Of a stretch of DNA of 14,882 bases, positions 1 through 5,927 are shown one piece after another. Each line of letters opens with the position of its first letter. The stretch's first letter is position 1. The notes beneath the pieces are model-generated. The model was not told the origin of the DNA, did not search any database, and was given only the letters and a program-made list of their open reading frames with translations. The stretch covers positions 1 through 14,882 of the forward strand of contig JBGAQA010000137.1 in the NCBI GenBank assembly GCA_044220955.1, given 5' to 3'. A program made the position numbers and the translations under genes. This DNA comes from Sandaracinaceae bacterium (lineage in GTDB: Bacteria; Myxococcota_A; Polyangia; Polyangiales; Sandaracinaceae).

Positions 1-177
1 CTCCGGCTCCGGCCGCAGGGGACGGAGGTGTGGTTGCCACCGCCGGCCCGGAACGAGGGCGGTGCGAGCGGCGCACCCGCGGAGGTCGCGGTGAACCACG
101 TGACGCCGGAAGAGCCGAGGCCGCTCGTTCGCGCGGCAGAGCTCGACGCACGCGGTGCCGGTTCCCGATCAAGATGA
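1..177 (+). CDS. Possible 3' end of a gene entering the window (hypothetical, partial)
   Basis: Frame 1 is open from base 1 to TGA 175-177 (LRLRPQGTEVWLPP...EVAVNHVTPEEPRPLVRAAELDARGAGSRSR*). Third positions are mostly G/C over the first ~50 codons. No recognisable motif. Confidence 0.3.
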   Translation, partial: LRLRPQGTEVWLPPPARNEGGASGAPAEVAVNHVTPEEPRPLVRAAELDARGAGSRSR

Positions 178-189
178 GCCGTGTCGGAC

Positions 190-464
190 TTAGAAGTCGA
201 GCCGCTGTACGACGAAGCTCGCCTGGGCCGCGCGCCGCCCCGTCGTGTGCGCCGTGACCGAGAACCGACCATGCCCAGGATCGGCGTCGGCGGCCTCGCA
301 GCCTTGCGCGAGCGCGCTCTGGAGGACCGCTCGAAGAGCTCGGCGTCGGCGTGCGCACAAGGGCCAGCGACGAATACCCGGGTCGTCGCGCGCGCCGCTG
401 TCTCGGTCGCGACGCGACCGAGCTGCCAACCAGGGCGCCTGCATCACCCTGGGTCGCCTCTCAT
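190..464 (-). pseudogene. Decayed hypothetical gene (internal stop plus frameshift)
   Basis: ATG at 464 has AAGGGAG 6 nt upstream. It reads MRGDPG*...ARATTRVFVAGPCAHADAELFE, then after a frame change near 328 reads AVLQSALAQGCEAADADPGHGRFSVTAHTTGRRAAQASFVVQRLDF* (TAA 190-192). Both segments have GC-rich third positions, and the plus-strand ORF here looks like an antisense shadow. Confidence 0.4.
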
Positions 465-498
465 GGCCGGCTCCCTTGCTCGTCGGTCTGCCGGCACG

Positions 499-1197
499 GA
501 GGCGCGCTTCGCGCGCGAGGCGGAGATCGGGGCGCGCGTGCACCACCCGAACCTCGTCTCGATCGTCGACGTGGGCGTCTCGGCCGGCGTGCCCTACCTC
601 GTGATGGAGAAGGTGGACGGTGGATCGCTCGAGGCTCGGCGCGCGCGTTTCGGCGACGTCCCCTGGGCGCTGCCCATCCTGGGGCAGATCGCGGAAGGGC
701 TCGCCGCGCTTCACGAGGCGGGCGTGGTGCACCGCGATCTGAAGCCAGCCAACGTCCTGCTCGCCGACGGCGGCGTCGCGAAGATCAGCGACTTCGGCAT
801 CTCGCGCTTCGGCGCCATCGAGGAGCTGTCGGTCGACCCGGGGGCTCCCACGATGGCCGCGACACCGAGGAAGAGCGCCGATCTCACCGGGACCGGCGTC
901 GTGATGGGCACGCCGCTCTACATGGCGCCGGAGGGCGCGCGGTCGGCGCGGGCGCTCGACGCGTCGGCGGACGTCTTCGCCCTCGGGATCCTCGCGTACG
1001 AGATGCTCACCGGGCGCACGCCGTTCGAGGTGCCGGCGTTCGTCCTCGCGATGGCGCAGCAGCCCGTACCGCCGCCGCCGCCGATCGCCGACGCGCGCGT
1101 GCCGACTGCGTTGCGCGCCTTCGTGACGTCGGCGCTCGCGGGGGACCCGACGAAGCGTCCGCGGGTGCGCGATCTCGTGGCGGCGTCGGGTCGGTAG
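499..1197 (+). pseudogene. Hanks-type Ser/Thr protein kinase, 5'-truncated (no Gly-rich loop or catalytic Lys)
   Basis: Contains RFAREAE (alphaC), HHPNLV, YLVME, HRDLKPANVLL, KISDFG, GTPLYMAPE, ADVFALG, GRTPF and DPTKRP. There is no GxGxxG or VAxK upstream within ORF 181..1197, whose first ~105 codons do not resemble a kinase. Confidence 0.8.
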
Positions 1198-1242
1198 ACC
1201 GAGCGGCGGGCCCACGGTCGACACGCGTCGCTAGGAGGAGCG

Positions 1243-1251
1243 TGCTACGTT
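1243..1251 (+). promoter_or_regulatory. Candidate extended -10 promoter (TG-c-TACGTT)
   Basis: TGnTAnnnT motif upstream of the purine-rich RBS (GAAGGAGGAGGAAGAAGAAG, 1264-1283) and ATG 1284. Confidence 0.45.
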
Positions 1252-1283
1252 CGCGCCCGGCTCGAAGGAGGAGGAAGAAGAAG

Positions 1284-1628
1284 ATGGCGCGACACGTGCG
1301 GATTCTCTCGTTGCTCGTGGGGGTGGGGCTCGCGGGTTGCGGCGGGGGCGGCTCGATGGGTGACGCGGGGCCGACGCCGACGGCGGCGGAGACCTCCGCG
1401 TGCTCTCACCTCTTCAGCATCGATCCGAGCGGTGGCTGCGCGACGGGATCGATGTCGGGCTGCACGAGCACCCTCGCCAACGTCCGCGCGCGCTACGCGT
1501 CGTCCTCGTGCATGGCGGAGTACACCGCCTTCGTGGCGTGCCTGCAGGGCCTGGCCATGTGCGACAGCGGCCAGCAGTGCCCGACGGAGTGGACGGCGTT
1601 CTCGGGCTGCTCCGGCGCGACGTTCTGA
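1284..1628 (+). CDS. Small Cys-rich lipoprotein (114 aa)
   Basis: Strong RBS, signal peptide MARHVRILSLLVGVG and lipobox LAG-C, followed by 8 more Cys. This is the real 3' part of ORF 351..1628. Confidence 0.85.
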   Translation: MARHVRILSLLVGVGLAGCGGGGSMGDAGPTPTAAETSACSHLFSIDPSGGCATGSMSGCTSTLANVRARYASSSCMAEYTAFVACLQGLAMCDSGQQCPTEWTAFSGCSGATF

Positions 1629-1635
1629 CGGGCGC

Positions 1636-1731
1636 TCAGGGTCCGGCGCGCGGCGGCCGTCTCACTTCGGGGCAGCCGGCGACGGTGAAGAGCAGGACGG
1701 CGAGCAGAGCGGGGCGTTGCGTGCGCGCCAT
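1636..1731 (-). pseudogene. 31-aa lipoprotein signal peptide with a very short mature part (gene stub or micro-lipopeptide)
   Basis: MARTQRPALLAVLLFTVAG-CPEVRRPPRAGP*, with TACACT 8 nt upstream of the ATG on the minus strand. Confidence 0.5.
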
Positions 1732-1777
1732 GGGGCCGGAGTGTACCCGTGGGGTGCCCGTGGAGGTCGAGTCGCTC

Positions 1778-3109
1778 TCACGGAGCGAGCGCGTCGCGCC
1801 CGATGCGATGCAGGCGCGTGACGCCACCGACGCGCGTGAGGGGGAGGGCGATCTCGTCGGCGGTGATCCATCCGATGCCCTCCTCGCTGGGTGCCGTCGC
1901 GTCGAAGTCGCGATGGCGGCGCTCGCCCGTGACGAGGTCGAACGTGGACAGGATCTGGCGACGGTACGGCATGAGGCCGTCGCCGCCGATCGTCGCGAGC
2001 ACGGCGTCGCCCACGACGCCCTGGCGGACGAGCGCCGGATCGAAGTCCATCACGGGCGTCCACGTCGCGCTCGCGGCGTCGGTCGCGAACGGTGTCGCGC
2101 CGAGCACGTGTGACAAGAACGCCGGCATCGCCACCGATGGCCCGGGCGCCACGTGGACCAGGGTGCGCTCGCTCGCGAGGAAGCCCTCCAGCGGGGACGA
2201 CGCCGCGAGCACGCGCGCGTCGGCGCCGGTCGCGACGTGCGTCCACACCTCGCGGTCGTCGTACGTGCCTGGCGAGATCGTCGGCGCGTAGAACATCGCC
2301 CCTCCCGCCGTCGCGAGCGGGCGACCTGCGACGGGCTCGGGCGGTGCGCTCGCGTCGACGCTGCGCCACGCGTAGACCTCGCCCGAGGCGAACGAGATCC
2401 ACGCGAGGTCGCCGGTCGCATCGACCGCGATCACGAGGCCGGGGATGCGCTCGAGGCCGGTCGTGGAGAGCGGGTGGCCGAGCACGTCCTCGGGAGTCCC
2501 GACGAGCACGGCGAGCGCGGGCGAGGTGAGCGTCGGAGGTGACGGGTCCGTGATGGCGACGATCACGCGAGCGTCGGTCGCGCCGACGTCGACCACGCAG
2601 CGTCCCCGCGCGAGCGCCACGTGCACACGTCCATCGGTGGTCGCGATCGCGTCGAGCAGACCGTCGTCCGTCGTGAGGCGCACGATGCCCCGCGCCTGGT
2701 CGCGATCGTACGCGAGCGCGTGCACCCACACGCGTGCGCTGGAGAGGGTGCTCGTCGCCGCCGCCCGGGAGCACGAGGTGGGGTAGCCGGGCGGGCAGGC
2801 CTCCCACTCCAGCCGTGCGACGCGCTCGGGGTGCGAGGCACTCCGGATGCAGTCGGCGGACATCCCCGGGAGGGTCGTCCATCCCGGGTCGAGCGAGGCG
2901 GCGTCGGCGTCACCCTCGGCGGCATCGGGCGCCGACGCGGCGTCATCCGTGCTCGCGTCGTCGAGCGCCGTCGCGTCCCGCGCGGCGTCGTCCCGCGCGC
3001 TCGCGGCATCGCTCGCGCTCGCGTCGGTGGCCTCCGTGGCGGGTGCGCTGCAGGCCGCGAGCGCGAGCGCCAGCCCGATCCCGACCCCGCGTGCCGCTGC
3101 GCGCTCCAC
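1778..3109 (-). CDS. Hypothetical lipoprotein (~443 aa) with an Asp/Ala-rich linker and a beta-rich domain
   Basis: GTG 3109 gives MERAAARGVGIGLALA-LAA-C (lipobox), then a DAS/DAA linker and a globular region (GWTTLPG...LEWEACPPGYPTSC...). TATCCT lies 7 nt upstream. The ORF-track start at 3388 overlaps the neighbouring gene. Confidence 0.8.
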   Translation of the reverse strand: MERAAARGVGIGLALALAACSAPATEATDASASDAASARDDAARDATALDDASTDDAASAPDAAEGDADAASLDPGWTTLPGMSADCIRSASHPERVARLEWEACPPGYPTSCSRAAATSTLSSARVWVHALAYDRDQARGIVRLTTDDGLLDAIATTDGRVHVALARGRCVVDVGATDARVIVAITDPSPPTLTSPALAVLVGTPEDVLGHPLSTTGLERIPGLVIAVDATGDLAWISFASGEVYAWRSVDASAPPEPVAGRPLATAGGAMFYAPTISPGTYDDREVWTHVATGADARVLAASSPLEGFLASERTLVHVAPGPSVAMPAFLSHVLGATPFATDAASATWTPVMDFDPALVRQGVVGDAVLATIGGDGLMPYRRQILSTFDLVTGERRHRDFDATAPSEEGIGWITADEIALPLTRVGGVTRLHRIGRDALAP

Positions 3110-3164
3110 CCGCCGGAGGATACGGGATCGGCACGCCACGGCTCGTTCCACGCGGAATGGCCCC

Positions 3165-3779
3165 TCAGAACCGAAGCGTCGCGTCGCGGAGCCAGATATC
3201 GCGTCGATGTCCGGCGAGCACGAGCCCGCCGATCGTGAGCGCGACGCCGACCGAGACGGCGAACCACCCCCAGATGTCGGCCCAGAGCACCGCGGCCACG
3301 TCGACGTCATCGAGCAGTCGCCCGTTCGTGCTCGCCACGAAGCCGAGCAGACCGCCGCCCACGCCGCCACCGATCGCGACTCCGCCACCGATCAGCGTGC
3401 CGCCCAGGATCCGATCCGTGTCGCGATCATCGTAGTGCGCGACGACTCGCAGCGGACCGTCGATGGCCGGGCTCTCGACGGCGACCGGATCCGACGCGTC
3501 GAGCGCGAGCGCGAGCGAATGCGTGCCGAGCGTGAGGTCGACGGCGCACGGCGCGCTGCAGAGCGCGACCCACTGATCGTCCATCCACTGGTGCACGGTG
3601 AGCGCGCGAGCGTCGGTCGACGTGAAATGGACGAGCGCGCTCGGCAGTCGGGTCGGAGCGCGCGTGACGGGCGCGGGGGGCGCGACGAAGATCGCGTCGT
3701 CTCCCAGATCGGGCTGCTGCGCAGACGCCCTCGGCGCGACGGCGAGGCACGCGAGAGCGAGTCCGACGAACGCGCGCAC
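3165..3779 (-). CDS. Exported/membrane hypothetical protein (signal peptide, CxxPC PEGA-like segment, two Gly-rich hydrophobic segments, terminal Phe)
   Basis: MRAFVGLALACLAVAPRASA-QQ signal peptide, LCSAPCAVDLTLGTHSLAL, ILGGTLIGGGVAIGGGVGGGLLG, WGWFAVSVGVALTIGGLVLAG; ends LRF*. Confidence 0.8.
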   Translation of the reverse strand: MRAFVGLALACLAVAPRASAQQPDLGDDAIFVAPPAPVTRAPTRLPSALVHFTSTDARALTVHQWMDDQWVALCSAPCAVDLTLGTHSLALALDASDPVAVESPAIDGPLRVVAHYDDRDTDRILGGTLIGGGVAIGGGVGGGLLGFVASTNGRLLDDVDVAAVLWADIWGWFAVSVGVALTIGGLVLAGHRRDIWLRDATLRF

Positions 3780-4102
3780 CCCGTCAGCATGACGTATCGG
3801 GCGGGCGCCGCCACCGCAGGGATCACTCGGTCGTCAGTTTGATCCGCGGCCCGCGCGCGGGTGTGTCCGGCATGCCCACCGCGTGATCGCCGTCGGTCGC
3901 GGACACGATCACGAGCGGCCAGGGCCGGATGTGCCAGAAGGTGCGCCCGCTCGGGGACGCGATCGGGTGGGTCGGCGCGGCGCGGCGGGCCGCGTGGGTC
4001 CCCCTCGTGTCCGCGGCGTCCGAGGCTGCCGGACGTCGCCGGCTCCACGCGGCGGTGGGCGGGGGCGGAACCGCGGGGGAACCCTCGTCGCGCGCCGAGC
4101 GC

Positions 4103-4151
4103 GCGACGTACGACTTTCGGCGTTGCGAACGTACGTCGCCCGAAGCACGCT
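4103..4151 (+). promoter_or_regulatory. Toxin-antitoxin promoter/operator: 10-bp inverted repeat overlapping a sigma70-type promoter
   Basis: GCGACGTACG (4103-4112) and CGTACGTCGC (4130-4139) are exact reverse complements. TTGCGA (4123-4128)-N17-CACGCT (4146-4151)-N5-ATG. Confidence 0.65.
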
Positions 4152-4156
4152 GGGGC

Positions 4157-4387
4157 ATGACGAAGCGCATCCACGCGTCCGCTCTGCGACGCGACGTGTA
4201 CCGGTTGCTCGACCAGGTGCTCGAGACCGGCGAGCCGGTCGAGATCGAGCGCCGGGGACGCGTGCTCCGCATCGTCACCGATCCGCCGAAGTCCAAGCTC
4301 GCGGCCCTCGTCTCGCGACCCGAGGCGATCTCGGGAGACCCGGGCGACCTCGTCGACGTGGAGTGGTCCGGCTCGTGGCGACCGTGA
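4157..4387 (+). CDS. vapB: Phd/YefM-family type II antitoxin (76 aa)
   Basis: MTKRIHASALRRDVYRLLDQVLETGEPVEIERRGRVLRIV matches the Phd/YefM N-terminal pattern. Its stop overlaps the toxin start (GTGA 4384-4387). Confidence 0.88.
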   Translation: MTKRIHASALRRDVYRLLDQVLETGEPVEIERRGRVLRIVTDPPKSKLAALVSRPEAISGDPGDLVDVEWSGSWRP

Positions 4388-4758
4388 CCCATCTCGATAC
4401 GCACGTCGTCGTGTGGTTGTTCGCGAACGCCGTCGGCGAGATCCCGCCGCGGGTGAGGCGCCGCCTCGAGAGCGACACCTTGACGTGCTCGCCGGTGGTC
4501 GCGTTGGAGATCGACTTCCTGCGCGAGATCGGCCGGGTCAGCGAGTCGGGTCGCACGATCACCGATGATCTCGCCCGGCGGATCGGGCTCTCGCTCTTCC
4601 CTGCGCCGCTCGCTGCGATCGTCGCGGCTGCGAGCCCACTGAGTTGGACCCGGGACCCGTTCGACCGGCTCATCGTCGCGTCCGCCGCGGTCGACGGCTC
4701 GCGGCTGCTCACGCGCGACAAGCGGATCCGCAAGCACTACCGCCACGCGAGCTGGTGA
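4384..4758 (+). CDS. vapC: PIN-domain VapC-family toxin (124 aa)
   Basis: LDTHVVVW, SPVVALEI, RDPFDRLIVASA and LLTRD supply the conserved PIN acidic residues. Translationally coupled to the antitoxin. Confidence 0.92.
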   Translation: MTHLDTHVVVWLFANAVGEIPPRVRRRLESDTLTCSPVVALEIDFLREIGRVSESGRTITDDLARRIGLSLFPAPLAAIVAAASPLSWTRDPFDRLIVASAAVDGSRLLTRDKRIRKHYRHASW

Positions 4759-4780
4759 ACGGAGCGCGCGGCCGGCACAG

Positions 4781-4918
4781 CTCGATCACCGGGTGCACGC
4801 GTTCGCCGATCCCGCGGATCCATGCGTCCTCCGGCTGCCCGAGCTCGTAGCCGGCTTCCACGACCTCGACGAAGCGCGGGTCTCGCCCCACATCACCGGC
4901 GCGCCACCGCACGTCCAT
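4781..4918 (-). pseudogene. N-terminal stub resembling myxobacterial LuxR-type HTH regulators
   Basis: MDVRWRAGDVGRDPRFVEVVEAGYELGQPEDAWIRGIGERVHPVIE resembles, from memory, the 'VEAAY.L...D.AWL.G' N-terminus of Polyangiales LuxR-type regulators. Protein-like sequence stops just before the vapC 3' end. Confidence 0.45.
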
Positions 4919-4956
4919 CGCCAGGGCGGACCCCGCGCAGCGCCTGCTCGCGAGGT

Positions 4957-5565
4957 TCGACGTCGAAGGTCGCGAGCAAGGCGGCGCCTGCGGCGTCGAA
5001 GAGCATCGGCCTCCTCGCGCGCAAGAAGGAATGGAAGAAGCCCGACGTGCTCGCCACGTTCGCGGAGCACGGGCGGGAGACCGTCTCCCGGCTCGCGCTG
5101 CTCGTCGGCGAGCGCGATCTCTCGAAGACGGGCGTCGCGTACCAGACGCTGAGCCATCTGCTCTTCGAGCTCGTGGTGAACCCGAAGCTCGACGCCGCGC
5201 CGCTCTTTCCCCTCCTCGAGCCCATCGTCCGCTCTCCGACCTACGACCCCGATCGGCTCCGCCAGTTCGAGCTCGTGCGCACGTACGCGATGCGCCTGCT
5301 CGCGCGCGCGAAGCACCCGGCGGCGCGCGCTCGGCTCGTGCAGGTGCTCGAGAGCTTCCCGGAGCCCTTCGATCAGCAGAGCGGCTCACGCTATCTCTAC
5401 GCGCTCGCGGAGGTCGCCACGGACCTCGGCGACGGCTCGCTGGCACCGCTCTTCACACCCCTGCTCGAGAAGATGCTCCCGACCTACGACGCGCGGCAGC
5501 GAGAGAACGCGATCGGGCCCACGCGCGAGCTGGTGACGAAGCTCTCGAGGAAGAAGAAGTCGTAG
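4957..5565 (+). CDS. Helical (HEAT/ARM-like) hypothetical protein, probably 5'-truncated
   Basis: Strong coding bias from ~4957 (KKEWKKPDVLATFAEHG...YAMRLLARAKHPAARARLVQVLE...LYALAEVATDLGDGSLAPLF) to TAG 5563-5565. The only upstream ATG (4822) gives an Arg/Pro-rich antisense-like leader. Confidence 0.65.
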   Translation, partial: STSKVASKAAPAASKSIGLLARKKEWKKPDVLATFAEHGRETVSRLALLVGERDLSKTGVAYQTLSHLLFELVVNPKLDAAPLFPLLEPIVRSPTYDPDRLRQFELVRTYAMRLLARAKHPAARARLVQVLESFPEPFDQQSGSRYLYALAEVATDLGDGSLAPLFTPLLEKMLPTYDARQRENAIGPTRELVTKLSRKKKS

Positions 5566-5789
5566 TCGAGGGCTGCCGGCTGCGCGCGCGGACGGTACGC
5601 CCACACCCAGCGGCGGGCTCCGACGCGGCCAAGCAGTCACGAAAGAAGACGCCAACGCGCTCAGCGCCAACGAGAACGTGCGCATCCGCGTCTTCGCCGA
5701 GCTGGCCGCCAGAAGGGATTGGAACGAAGCGAGGCCTCGATCTCGGGAGTGACGTCCGGCGACCGGAGAACGGAGACCACGGAGCTTGC

Positions 5790-5873
5790 TCCTGCCTTCA
5801 TGCCTTCCTCAGCAACCAACACGCTCGGAGCGGCGGTCGTCGTCCTGACAGTTGCTGAGGAATGCAGGAATGG
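5790..5873. repeat. Inverted repeat with octamer-periodic arms
   Basis: TTCCTCAGCAAC (5805-5816) and GTTGCTGAGGAA (5851-5862) form a perfect 12-bp IR with a 34-nt spacer. Outer arms are TCCTGCCT-TCATGCCT-TCCT and AGGAATGC-AGGAATGG. Confidence 0.75.
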
Positions 5874-5916
5874 GCGCGGGACGACGATCGAGATCGAGGT
5901 CCCGATCCCGGCGTAA
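5872..5916 (+). pseudogene. Possible extreme C-terminal stub of a histidine-kinase HATPase_c domain
   Basis: GRGTTIEIEVPIPA* resembles the final 'GxGTTxxxxxP' strand of sensor kinases. Only 14 codons. Confidence 0.35.
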
Positions 5917-5927
5917 GATGGCGCCGG

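Noticed and set aside
79..102. Minus-strand HVVHRDLR resembling a kinase catalytic loop
   Set aside because: Not followed by PxN and no DFG; best explained as the antisense reading of the plus-strand frame.
1284..1628. Cys-rich small protein as a RiPP precursor
   Set aside because: It has a lipoprotein signal peptide, and no modifying enzymes or transporters lie nearby.
3129..3144. CGGCACGCCACGGCT as a sigma54 promoter
   Set aside because: GG-N9-GC spacing, and it points away from the adjacent minus-strand gene.
5630..5752. Plus-strand coding-like stretch QAVTKEDANALSANENVRIRVFAELAARRDWNEARPRSRE* as a gene
   Set aside because: No upstream start codon or recognisable motif; kept only as a possible remnant within the hotspot finding.
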